Positions 36,871 to 48,936 of a stretch of DNA of 64,000 bases are shown piece after piece. Under the pieces are notes generated by a model. That model made no database searches. It was given only the letters and a program-made list of their open reading frames with translations, and was not told the DNA's origin. The position numbers and the translations under genes are program-made. The DNA comes from Oculina patagonica (Eukaryota): assembly GCF_052425735.1 (NCBI RefSeq), contig NC_135765.1:14260001-14324000 (forward strand). Direction: 5' to 3'. How positions within the stretch are numbered: the stretch's first letter is position 1; every line of letters begins with the position of its first letter.

Positions 36871-38583
36871 TGAATAGGGTTAAATATGCTCATTTCATTT
36901 GGTTTGCACAGAGTTTTCTCTGCCTCCCTTGAGTGTTCACCGAGATACAGAACAACGGAAAAAATTGAATGCCAATTCAATTTAAAGAACGAGGGTCAAC
37001 GAGACTTTTCTGTGCTAAAGTGGCGCACACCGCTGCAGCAACTGACGTCTGATTGCCTGTCTGTCACGCGGAATGGAAACAAGATACCATACGATGGTAT
37101 TTTCATAAAGCGCAGTACTCCTGGCCCTGATCAGTTCGTGCTCGTGGCAGTTGGACAGACCGTGTCATCAACGTTTGAAGTTTCTGAAGGATACGACATA
37201 AGCAAAGCTGGAACGTACTCTATAGCAGTAGACACTTATATAGAATATGTAGTAGGTAGTGTAAAGGGTATGAACGAACCTGGTAAACCAGGTATCCCCA
37301 TCAAAATAAGTCATTTATCTTCGCCATCAGTTAGTTTTCAAGTTGTCGGCAGAAAGGCGGGTTATGGAACTCTGGGGCAAAGGGCTCGCTCTCTTGAAAA
37401 GGAACGTAAACGTACCTTATCAGTTGGGAACTCTCCTAAACGTAGTGAAAGTGTTAATGTTCTTCTAGATCCTGTTGTCAAGGGAAATGCAGCCCAAAAA
37501 GAACTAACAAAAGAAATTCACCGCGCTTCATACCTTTATATAGAATACGCCATTTCAGATCTCCAAAGCAGTCCAGACCGAGTTAGAACTTGGTTTGGAA
37601 CAACAAGTGCAGACTTTCTTATCACAAAGTTCAGGGAAATGGAGAGGTTGTTAAGATCAGATACATTTACTTATGTCCATGGAGGGGATCACTGCTCTAA
37701 CATATATGCATACACTTGGTTAGGATCACGCACAATGCACCTGTGCGGTTTGTACGAAAGTTCCTCAAGTCTTTCGGGATTTTACAGTAAAATGACAACA
37801 ATTGTGCACGAGTTAGCCCATGCTTTAGCTTACATCGACGACATTGGTTACGGTGTAAGTTATTGCAAAAACTTGGCCAAATCGGCCCCTCACCAAGCCG
37901 CTAATAATGCGGAAAACTATTGCTATTTTGCAGCATCGCTATTTCCATTTAACTACGGATTTGATGCTATGACTACATTATCAAACGGTTATACATACCT
38001 GTTTAAAGGGAATATTTACGTGCGATATACAGATACCAATGCTAGAACTCTTAACCCTGCTTACCCAACGCTGATAAATGACGGTTTTGACAATTTGCCT
38101 GAAAACTTTACTCAAGGGTTTGATAGTTTTATCTTTAACAAACTATTCGGGCATCCCTATGCTACAAGGGGCGATCAGTATATTCGATTTACAGATGGAA
38201 AGGCGTCAACAGTTAGTAAAGGGTATCCACACCAAATTTATGGTAACTGGGGTGTTAGCCGTAGCATGAGCACAGGTTTTGATTCTATGACGCAACTACC
38301 AAATGGCAAAACCTATGTCACAAAGGGTCCCTTGTATGTACGGTACTCCGATAAAGCCCTGGAAGTAGTGGATTCTGGGTATCCCAAAAGACTCGATTCC
38401 GGTGAGTGGGGAAATTTGCCAGAAAACTTTAAAAGTGGTTTTGATGCGATGGAGGTCATCCCGAATGGCCAACTTTATGTGATTAAGGGCACTGAATATC
38501 TTCGATATTCCAACCCGTTTTCTCACGTTGACGCTGGGTATCCCTTGCCTATAAAGGGAAATTGGGGAGACGTTCCCCAATAG
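35608..38583 (+). CDS. Gene C: secreted M35 metalloprotease with C-terminal four-bladed hemopexin-like domain, join(35608..35687,36912..38583), 583 aa
   Basis: Exon 1 MAVWIILLILGMANG-DQNVEFDISET-AA|gtaagt; acceptor ttgcacag|A at 36911. Propeptide and HELAH + YIDDIGYG follow, then four GFD[AS]...Y..[KR]G..Y[VIL]R[YF]...[GA]YP..[IL]...[WF] repeats from ~37957. Confidence 0.93.
35855..36050 (+). pseudogene. M35 catalytic-domain fragment stranded inside the intron of gene C
   Basis: cgccattacagaccttcaaagcagtccagaccgggttgtcacttggtttggaac...gctaagatcagggacaattt matches 37548..37670 (cgccatttcagatctccaaagcagtccagaccgagttagaacttggtttggaac...ttaagatcagatacattt). Confidence 0.8.
36304..36879. mobile_element. 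piggyBac-type MITE with TTAA target duplication in gene C intron
   Basis: TTAA|CCCTATTCAGA...TCTGAATAGGG|TTAA. The paralogous introns show the empty site (gene A: cattttctctaaaatatcttttcatttgg). Confidence 0.92.
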
Positions 38584-40053
38584 TAAATTCGTCTTATATT
38601 TGAAGGGGATTAATTGTTTACTTACAGTGGAATACCGATTTCTCGAAGCCTCTATTTCTCGAACCTTCCGTTAACTCGAACCTAGCTAAGGTCGTTTCTC
38701 TTGAGTTTGCCTCACTCAGTCGAACAATACACGATTTTACCCTCGATGTCTCCAGCTCCTAATTTTCGTACCAATTTTCGTATCCATTGGAGGCTCGAGA
38801 TATCTGGATTCCACGGGTTTTTTTCGACTTTGGGATAGTACCAAATGGCTAGAATTTGTAGAAGTTATGGTTCAGCTTTATGACTTAGACGATCTCTAAA
38901 GGAACTGTATGTTCTTAAATAATTCTTGATTTAAGTCCTAATTTTGCTTTCGGGTATATAAATTGCGTGTTATTATCTAATTAATGCTTAGTGCTGTTGA
39001 TGTTTTGCTGTTATTAACAAGTCATTAATATGTCATATGAAGGAAAAATAAATATATTAAAACCATACAATTGTGATGACTGAATTTTTGTACTTTTCTT
39101 GTCCCCTGTCATCCAGGACTAAAATGCAATTTTTGTAAGTTTCATAGCTGTATAAAAGATAAAGCCTTTTTAATCGAATTCTATAGAATGATTTGAAGGT
39201 GTTTTTAATCTCTAAGAAATACTTCCTTAACATGTGCACGGAAATATCTGATGGGTCTTGAAATTGGTTTCCTCTTAATTTAACTTGGAAACACTTGACA
39301 TGTACATGCAAAAATCCGAAGACTCTTGAAATTTGCTTTCCGCCTAACTTTACTTTTCAATTATATCGTTTTAGGGTATTTATTACTATTTGCAGTAAAA
39401 TGCAAGATTTGAGGCTAAAAGCCAAAAACGGACACCGAATTAACTGAAGTCGCCTTGTTCAGATCTTACGCAAGCCAAAGAAATAAACAAAATGAACATA
39501 TGTACACGGATTTCAGTTTTTTCCGGAGATTAAAGCACAAAAAGTGCATTGAGCTACAGGGATTGCAGAAAAAAGGGTGTCAACAAATTTAAAGTTGAAT
39601 TCTAAAGTCGTTTGCATAAGTCGTCCAAAAAAGGAAAGTTTCAGAATGAAAAAAACGGGTTTTTAAAACTGTGATGGCTGAATTTTTTGTCTCTTTTTTA
39701 TCCGCCTTGCCTTATGTTTCAAGAAGTGCAGTTTTCTTTAAGTTCATTTTTAATTTCAAAGAGAACGGCCTTGTCAACCAAATTGTATAGAATGATTTGA
39801 AGGTGGTTCAATCGCTTGGTGACACTTGTTTTACATGTATTTTTTTTTTTCTTATTTCGCTTTTGAGTATTTTTGGTGATGCAAACCATTTAAATCTGGT
39901 AAGTAAAAACGAACATCTAATAAGCTGATCTCCTCTGGGACTCGCCATGGTTAGATTGTAGGCGCTTAAAAATATTACTATTAAAAAAACGGCATCTCGG
40001 TTTCATCTCCATTATAACTTAAAAAAAAAAGATAAAGATACTTTTCGCATTAT

Positions 40054-40560
40054 AACCAGGTATCCCCATCAAAATAATTCATCAATCTTCGCCATCCGTT
40101 ATAGAGTTTCCAAGTTGTCGGGAGAAAGGCGTGCAGGTAATGAAACCCTGGGGCAAAGAGCGCTGTCTCTTAGAAAATAAAATAAACGTACCCTATTGGT
40201 CGAGAACTCTCAGAAACCTAGTGATCCTTTAAATGTTTCTCTTGATCATATCGTCGTGCTATATATATATATTTGCAGCAGAACACGAAGAGACAGAACA
40301 AATTCACTGCGCTGCATACCATTATATAGAATCCGCCATTTTTAGATCTCCAAAGCAGTCCAGACCATCTTGAAACTTGGTTTGAAACAACTAGTTCATA
40401 CTTTGTTTGAGAAAAATTTAAAATGATGGAAAGGCTGTTAAGATCGGACACAATAACTTATGTCTTTAGAGGTCCAAAATGCCGAAGTAAATGGTTAGCG
40501 TACGCTTCAAAAGGATCGCGCAGCCAGAATTTTTTTCTGCGGGTTTTACTAGTTCCTCGC
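40054..40560 (+). pseudogene. M35 pseudogene fragment (end of propeptide plus first half of catalytic domain)
   Basis: aaccaggtatccccatcaaaataa, ctggggcaaagagcgc, gatctccaaagcagtccagacc and gttaagatcggacacaataacttatgtc, with frameshifts and stops. Confidence 0.88.
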
Positions 40561-40574
40561 AAGTCTTAAGGGAT

Positions 40575-41866
40575 GCTTATTCGATTCTTTAGGACCTGGA
40601 TTGAACATCAGCCTGATTCTACGTGGTTGCGTTTTCCCAAAAGGGCTTAAACTGTACATTTAAAGTATTAAACTGCCACTTTTTGGTGCATTTGGAGTGA
40701 AAATAAGGCTAAATCTACATAGTGGCAGTCATCACAATGGCCAAAAAATCTTCATTTTAGGTTCCCCATGTGGCACTTTCTTATTCCATTCTCTTAAACC
40801 TGGAGTGAACAGTAGCCTGAATCCATGTGGTATCAATTTTCCTAAAACATGCTAAAAGGTCCGGACTGTACTCTTTTAGTTTCAAACTGCCAGTTTTTGG
40901 TGGATCTGTAGTGAAAATAAGGTCTTACTGCACGTGGTGGTATTTCATCACAAGGGCCAAAGATCATTTTTATGAGCTCCCATGTGGCACTTTCTTTATA
41001 TTCGATTCTTCTGGACCTGAAGTCAACATTAGGCTGCATCCAAGCGAAGAATTTTTTCTCAAGAGGCCCAAACTGTACATTTTAAGTTTCAAACTCAGCC
41101 TGACAATTTTTGTGTATCTTGAGTGAAAATGAGGTTTAACCTACGTGGTGGCATTTCATCACAAGGACCAAAAATCTTTATTTGAGCTTCCCATGTGGAA
41201 CTTTATTATTATCTCTGACCAGGAGTGATTATAAGTCCGAATCCACGTGGTTGCCTTTGCCCCCAAATGCCCAAACTGTACATTTTAATTTTCAAACTGC
41301 CAGGTTTTGATGTATCTTGAGTGAAAATAACGCTTTAACTATGTTGTGGCATTTCATCACAAGGGCCAACAATCTTCATTTTGAGCTCCCCATGTGGCAC
41401 TTTCTTTTTTTTATTTGATCCTTTAGGACCTGGAGACAACGTTACGCTGAATACACGTCTTGGCGTTTTCCCAAAAAAGCTCAAACTGTACATTTTTAGT
41501 TTCAAACTGGCAGTTTTTGGTAGATCTGGGGTGAAAATTCGACTTAATCACTGTGGTGGTATTTTATCACAAGGGCCAAAACATCCTCATTCATTTCTTT
41601 ATGTGGAATTTTCTTATTCGATTTAGCTGGACCTGGAGTGAACATTAGCCTGAATCCACGTGGTGGCGTGTTCCAAAAGGCCCAAACTGTACATTTTGCG
41701 TTTCAAACTGCCAGTTTTTGGATAATCTACGTGGCGGCATTTCATCACAGGCCAAGAATCTTCATTTTCAGTTCCCCATATCGTACTTTCTTATTCGATT
41801 CTTTTTGACCTGGAGTGAACATTAGGCTGAATCCACGTGTTTGCGTTTTCCCCAAGAAACCGAAAC
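40575..41866. repeat. ~205-bp minisatellite, ~6.3 diverged copies
   Basis: gacctggagtgaacattagcctgaatccacgtgg...aaactgtacatttt..tttcaaactgcc recurs at ~40591, 40797, 41013, 41217, 41426, 41629 and 41807. Confidence 0.9.
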
Positions 41867-42680
41867 TGTAACAGTAGACACTTATTTAGAATATACAGTA
41901 GGTAGTGTTAAGGGTATAAACGAAGTTGGAAAACCAGGAATCCCCATCGAAGTAAGTCATCTTTCACTGAAATTGACAAGGGAAAGGCCGATAAAGGAAG
42001 CTTGGGTCAAAGCGCTCACACTCTTGAAAGAGAAAATAAAAGTACCCCATCGGTCGGGGATCCTCGACAATGTAGTTTAAAAATTCTGAATTTTTTTTTC
42101 TTAAATCCTGTTGTTCAGGTGAATTCAGCCCAGAAAGCAGAGATAACAAATCGACGTGTCACATACCAACCATTGTAGACGAATAAGTCCATGTTTTAGC
42201 GTGTACAGACGACATAGTCTACGGGGTTAGCGTCTGCATACAGCTGGCCAGATCAAGTCCAGATGTCGCCAATAATGCGGAGAATTACCAGTTTTTTTTT
42301 CGAAGAGACGAAAATTTTGCTTCCGACCGACTGAAAGAACACGATTGCAACTGACTGATCGCATGCGCATGCTCTCTCATGTGACTACGGAGTGACTAAG
42401 ACTGGAGACGAGATAGAATTACGGATTTGATGTCATAACCAAACTATCTGACAGCCATATTTACTTGTTTAAAAAGGCAATTTGTAAGCACGATATGCAG
42501 ACAGCAATATTTTAAGTCATCGGGTCTCTATAAACGGCGATTAGACAGTCTTATTTTGAAAAGATATACGGGCGTGCTTATGTCATAAAGGCCAATAGAT
42601 GGTTGGCTACAAAGATGGAAAAGCAACATCAGTTAATAAAGGATGTATTCGTGCATAATTTTCTACTAACTGGGATGTAC
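41867..42680 (+). pseudogene. Second M35-hemopexin pseudogene (internally deleted)
   Basis: VTVDTYLEYTVGSVKGINEVGKPGIPIEVSHLS; then acagacgacatagtctacggggttagc...aataatgcggagaattacc; then acggatttgatgtcataaccaaactatct and gatggaaaagcaacatcagttaataaagga (blades 1-2). Confidence 0.85.
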
Positions 42681-42710
42681 GCGGTATGTGGTCCAAATGG
42701 TATAAGCTCG

Positions 42711-43049
42711 AGGGCGTAGCTAGGGAAGGTCCTGGGGTGCCGGTGACCACCCATCCCCCCTTTGTAGAATATATGTTTAAAGTCAATAACGTACAAATCT
42801 TATAGTTCAGGTGGCAAAATTAAAACGCACGAATCTAAAGAATTAACATGTCATATTTTTGTTTTACTTTCCAGTGCTTATCCGAAAAAATGTCACTTTT
42901 AGTAAACACAGCTGGATGTCGACATGAACATCTGGTAAGAACCCTCTGTATAACACAGTGTGACAGACAGTCGTGACATACTCCCAAATTCCCCCCCATC
43001 CCCCCCCCCCTCCCCGTCAATTCAAAAATTCCAGCTAGCAACGCCCCTG
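42711..43049. mobile_element. Possible hAT-like MITE
   Basis: agggcgtagctag...ctagcaacgcccctg termini with C-rich subterminal tracts; TSD not clean. Confidence 0.5.
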
Positions 43050-43399
43050 AAGCTGTGCCTCAAAAGTTCCGGACCCTTGTATGTACTTTAATAAGACCAG
43101 AAGTGTTTGGGGATTTACTTCTTGTATCCCTACGATTGACCAGCTCCTTCACAACATGATTCAACAATGTTGCAATGCATCTGTGCGTCCAAATGTTGCG
43201 TGCACCGTGGCCGGGCGTTTAAAGCAAGTAGACGTTTCGAAATGCCTACTTGCTCTAGATTCTAGAACATATTATTCGCCTCCTTTTTCTTGACTTAAAC
43301 TGACTATTTTACTGCCTAACCTATCATCAGTTTTCATTACATAAATTAATTTAAAAGGTAAGCGCTTATTATAGTCTTGCGACTAACAAACTGGCTGTG

Positions 43400-43579
43400 G
43401 GCCTCGGATTGCCCATCGAATTGGAATTAAGAAGTGTCGGAGAGCCCGGTGAAAACCCCTCTGAGTAAGGACAAGAACCAAGAACAAACTTAACCCACAT
43501 ATGACGCCTGGTTCGGGAATCGAACTCGGGCCACATTGGTGGGGGCGAGCGCTCTCACCACTGCGCCATCCCTGCTCCC
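43400..43579 (-). mobile_element. tRNA-derived SINE
   Basis: Minus strand: gggagcagggaTGGCGCAGTGGtgagagcgctcgcc..accaatgtggcccgAGTTCGATTCCc (Pol III A and B boxes), followed by a non-tRNA body. Confidence 0.75.
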
Positions 43580-44231
43580 CTCAAAGATAAATTATCTTCC
43601 AATGGACACGCGTGTGCCATGACACATTTTTTCCAAATAGAAACTCAAGCATCAATGTCCTGCTGTAGAAGAATAAAAGAGTCTGAGAGATGCAAAATAT
43701 TGCCGGAAAAAGAGCGGTTTTTGACTAAATCTTAAAAAAACAAAATGTGTTACCTTACCGAAAACGAGACATTATCTTATGTATAAAACATGTCTATCGA
43801 GCTAAAGAATGACGTTTGCAGAATGACGTTTGCACGTTTCGAAATGCCTACTTGCTCTAGATTCTAGAACATATTATTCGGCTTTTTCAGAAAAGATTTG
43901 GGGTTCATCGAAAACAATTAAAAACAGAACGATTAAAAACAGAACCTTGCAATTCTGAACACTAAATGTTGATATTATTTTTTCTTGTCCATTCAATCAA
44001 AACTAAAGTACAATTTTCTTAAAGTTGTTCGCTTTTTTGAACAAGAATTCCCTTCTCAACCAAATTCTATAGTTTAAAGGTGCCTCTTTAGAAACCTGTG
44101 CATAAAAAAAACTTATGAGTCTTGAAATTGGTTTGTACTTGGTTTAACTTCTTTTTCCATCATTATTTGTTTGAGCATTTATGAGTTTCTACAGTAATTT
44201 TCAGGTTTAAAACAAAATGTTTGCGAGTGTT

Positions 44232-44784
44232 TTGAAGCCCGCGCTGACTTTGAACTCTTATAACTTTTTTAAGATTCAACGAAACGCTAACAAACTTTGC
44301 GAGTTTTCCTAAAATTTATCTGGAAATAATTTGATAGGGTCGGACGATGAGTCAGGAACTTGACATTACCATGGCAACGGCATTTTGACAGGCATGTTTT
44401 CCCAAATTTGTAAATTTGGATGTTTCTATTAATTAAAATTAACTTTAATGGGATTATTTTTACATTTTTACGGTTTTAAAGCACATTTTTATTGATTTTG
44501 AGTACTTTGCAGTAATTTTGGGTGGTTTTCTAGCTTTTTGGAAAAATTTTGAAATCCAAGATGGCGGATCCAAGATGGCGGCTGTTTTGACATCATGATG
44601 TAATTGTCACGTGATGTGACGTCACCATCCCACGTGACGTATACCAAAAGAAAGATGTTTGGGCATACAATACATCCTATAAGTTTCATTGTGATTGCTT
44701 AAATATTCTGGAAGTTACATAGCCCCCCCCCCCCCCCCCCCCGCCCGGTCTGAGAAGGTCCAAAAAAGCCCGGTCTGAAAAGGG
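44232..44784. mobile_element. piggyBac-type MITE, left end truncated (family of 36304..36879, opposite orientation)
   Basis: Ends TCTGAAAAGGG|TTAA; lacks the CCCTATTCAGA end. Confidence 0.85.
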
Positions 44785-46277
44785 TTAAAAGAGAACGCTG
44801 TTTTCAAACAAATTCTATAGAATGATTTAAAGGTTCCTTCAATCTCTTGGAAACACTTGTTTTACATGACAAGCAAAAACGGACGAGTCTTCAAATCAAT
44901 TTCCATTCAATTTAACTTGTTTTCCATCAGATACGTGTTTGGACATTTATCAGTATCTACAATAATGTGCAGGCTTAAAAAAGCTTGTTTTTATTTATGA
45001 AGAAAACAAACGTGTGTATCCTTCAACTTTAACAGGCCACACTTATAACAAGTCATGTGATGCGCAGTATAAAACATGTGTATCTAGCTAAAAGGATTGC
45101 ATTTGCATTAGACGAAAGTTTTTCTAAACATGTTTCTATAGACTCTTTTTTGTTAGAAAAAAGTTCCTTCGTCTTAATTAAAACAAATTTTGATCGCAAA
45201 TTTTCAGAACGACAAAAAATGCTGCCTTAATTTTATATATTTGCTGCCCACTACTGTTTGTGACCTTTAAGTCACAGTAAAATGTGCAATTCCTTCAAGT
45301 TCATTGCTGTTTGAAAAGAGAACGCTCTTTTCAACCAAATTCTATAGAATGATTTGAAGGTTCCTTCAATCTCTTGGAAACACTTGTTTTACATTACAAG
45401 CAAAAACTCATGAGCCTTCAAATCAATTTCCATTCAATTTAACTTGTTTTTCAACATGTACGTGTTTGGACATATATGAATATCTACAATAAATTGCAGG
45501 CTTCAAAAAAAAAAGCTTGGGTCTTATTATAAAAAAATAAACAGTGGTTATCTTTCGACTTGAACAAGCAATACCGGTAATAAGACGGCTGATCTGCTAT
45601 ATAAAACATGTGTATCTAGCTAAAAGGATTGCATTTGCATTAGAAGAAAGTTTTTCTAAAGATGTTTCTAGGCCCTTTTTTGTTTGGAAAAGGTTCATTC
45701 GTCTAAATTAAAAATTTGATTACAAATTTTCAGAACGACAAGAAACTGTGCTGCCTTAATTTTTATTTATTTGCTGGCCACTGCCTTTCGTGACTAAATG
45801 TGTGTGCAATTCAAACAAATTCTATAGAATGATTTGAAGGTTCCTTCAATCTCTTGGAAACACTTGTTTTACATTACAAGCAAAAACTGATGAGTCTTCA
45901 AATCAATTTCCATTCAATTTAACTTGTTTTTCATCATGTACGTGTTTGGACATTTATGAGTACCTACAATAATGTGCAGGCTTAAAAAAGCTTGTTTCTA
46001 ATTCTGAAAAAAAAAAAACAGTGTGTATCTTTCGACTTCAACAACCTATACCGATAATAAGACTGGTGCTCTGCTATATAAAACATGTCTATCTCGCTAA
46101 AACCCTCTGAAAAGGTTTCTAGGCTCTTTTTTGTTCGAAAAAGGTTCATTCGTCTAAATTAAAAATTTGATTACAAATTTTCAGAACGATAAAAAACTGT
46201 GCTGCCTTAATTTTATATTTTTCCTGGCCCTGTCGTTTGTGACTAATTGTGCATTTTCAAGTTCATTGCAGTTTTAA

Positions 46278-46856
46278 CCCTATTCAGACCGCGGGGGGGG
46301 GGGGGGGTTGAAGCCCGCGCTGACTTTGAACTCTTATACCTTTTTTAAGATTCAACGAAACGCTGCCAAACTTTGCGAGTTTTCCTAAAATTTATCTGGA
46401 AATAATTTGATAGGGTCGGACGATGAGTCAGGAACTTGACATTACCATGGCAACGGCATTTTGACAGGCATGTTTTCCCAAATTTGTAAATTTGGATGTT
46501 TCTATTAATTAAAATTAACTTTAATGGGATTATTTTTACATTTTTACGGTTTTAAAGCACATTTTTATTGATTTTGAGTACTTTGCAGTAATTTTGGGTG
46601 GTTTTCTAGCATTTTGGAAAAATTTTGAAAACCAAGATGGCGGATCCAAGATGGCGGCTGTTTTGACATCATGATGTAATTGTCACGTGATGTGACGTCA
46701 CCATCCCACGTGACGTATACCAAAAGAAAGATGTTTGGGCATACAATACATCCTATAAGTTTCATTGTGATTGCTTAAATATTCTGGAAGTTACATAGCC
46801 CCCCCCCCCCCCCCGCCCGGTCTGAGAAGGTCCAAAAAAGCCCGGTCTGAAAAGGG
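46278..46856. mobile_element. piggyBac-type MITE, TTAA flanks
   Basis: TTAA|CCCTATTCAGACC...GGTCTGAAAAGGG|TTAA. Confidence 0.92.
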
Positions 46857-48350
46857 TTAAAAGAGAACGCTGTTTTCAAACAAATTCTATAGAATGATTT
46901 AAAGGTTCCTTCAATCTCTTGGAAACACTTGTTTTACATGACAAGCAAAAACGGACGAGTCTTCAAATCAATTTCCATTCAATTTAACTTGTTTTCCATC
47001 AGATACGTGTTTGGACATTTATCAGTATCTACAATAATGTGCAGGCTTAAAAAAGCTTGTTTTTATTTATGAAGAAAACAAACGTGTGTATCCTTCAACT
47101 TTAACAGGCCACACTTATAACAAGTCATGTGATGCGCAGTATAAAACATGTGTATCTAGCTAAAAGGATTGCATTTGCATTAGACGAAAGTTTTTCTAAA
47201 CATGTTTCTATAGACTCTTTTTTGTTAGAAAAAAGTTCCTTCGTCTTAATTAAAACAAATTTTGATCGCAAATTTTCAGAACGACAAAAAATGCTGCCTT
47301 AATTTTATATATTTGCTGCCCACTACTGTTTGTGACCTTTAAGTCACAGTAAAATGTGCAATTCCTTCAAGTTCATTGCTGTTTGAAAAGAGAACGCTCT
47401 TTTCAACCAAATTCTATAGAATGATTTGAAGGTTCCTTCAATCTCTTGGAAACACTTGTTTTACATTACAAGCAAAAACTCATGAGCCTTCAAATCAATT
47501 TCCATTCAATTTAACTTGTTTTTCAACATGTACGTGTTTGGACATATATGAATATCTACAATAAATTGCAGGCTTCAAAAAAAAAAGCTTGGGTCTTATT
47601 ATAAAAAAATAAACAGTGGTTATCTTTCGACTTGAACAAGCAATACCGGTAATAAGACGGCTGATCTGCTATATAAAACATGTGTATCTAGCTAAAAGGA
47701 TTGCATTTGCATTAGAAGAAAGTTTTTCTAAAGATGTTTCTAGGCCCTTTTTTGTTTGGAAAAGGTTCATTCGTCTAAATTAAAAATTTGATTACAAATT
47801 TTCAGAACGACAAGAAACTGTGCTGCCTTAATTTTTATTTATTTGCTGGCCACTGCCTTTCGTGACTAAATGTGTGTGCAATTCAAACAAATTCTATAGA
47901 ATGATTTGAAGGTTCCTTCAATCTCTTGGAAACACTTGTTTTACATTACAAGCAAAAACTGATGAGTCTTCAAATCAATTTCCATTCAATTTAACTTGTT
48001 TTTCATCATGTACGTGTTTGGACATTTATGAGTACCTACAATAATGTGCAGGCTTAAAAAAGCTTGTTTCTAATTCTGAAAAAAAAAAAAACAGTGTGTA
48101 TCTTTCGACTTCAACAACCTATACCGATAATAAGACTGGTGCTCTGCTATATAAAACATGTCTATCTCGCTAAAACCCTCTGAAAAGGTTTCTAGGCTCT
48201 TTTTTGTTCGAAAAAGGTTCATTCGTCTAAATTAAAAATTTGATTACAAATTTTCAGAACGATAAAAAACTGTGCTGCCTTAATTTTATATTTTTCCTGG
48301 CCCTGTCGTTTGTGACTAATTGTGCATTTTCAAGTTCATTGCAGTTTTAA

Positions 48351-48936
48351 CCCTATTCAGACCGCGGGGGGGGGGGGGGGGTTGAAGCCCGCGCTGACTT
48401 TGAACTCTTATACCTTTTTTAAGATTCAACGAAACGCTGCCAAACTTTGCGAGTTTTCCTAAAATTTATCTGGAAATAATTTGATAGGGTCGGACGATGA
48501 GTCAGGAACTTGACATTACCATGGCAACGGCATTTTGACAGGCATGTTTTCCCAAATTTGTAAATTTGGATGTTTCTATTAATTAAAATTAACTTTAATG
48601 GGATTATTTTTACATTTTTACGGTTTTAAAGCACATTTTTATTGATTTTGAGTACTTTGCAGTAATTTTGGGTGGTTTTCTAGCATTTTGGAAAAATTTT
48701 GAAAACCAAGATGGCGGATCCAAGATGGCGGCTGTTTTGACATCATGATGTAATTGTCACGTGATGTGACGTCACCATCCCACGTGACGTATACCAAAAG
48801 AAAGATGTTTGGGCATACAATACATCCTATAAGTTTCATTGTGATTGCTTAAATATTCTGGAAGTTACATAGCCCCCCCCCCCCCCCCCCCCCCGCCCGG
48901 TCTGAGAAGGTCCAAAAAAGCCCGGTCTGAAAAGGG
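48351..48936. mobile_element. piggyBac-type MITE, TTAA flanks
   Basis: TTAA|CCCTATTCAGACC...GGTCTGAAAAGGG|TTAA. Confidence 0.92.

Noticed and set aside
36886-36911. ORF-track start MLISFGLHR for the 565-aa ORF (likewise the GTG starts at 10102, 52418 and 17699)
   Set aside because: The 36886 start is intronic and the GTG starts are internal to exon 2. In-frame signal-peptide exons with canonical splice sites exist upstream in all four genes.
44489-48839. Repeated 66-67 aa ORF MKLIGCIV... (also 36373..36576)
   Set aside because: Lies inside a non-autonomous MITE; the repetition reflects element copies and there is no transposase similarity.
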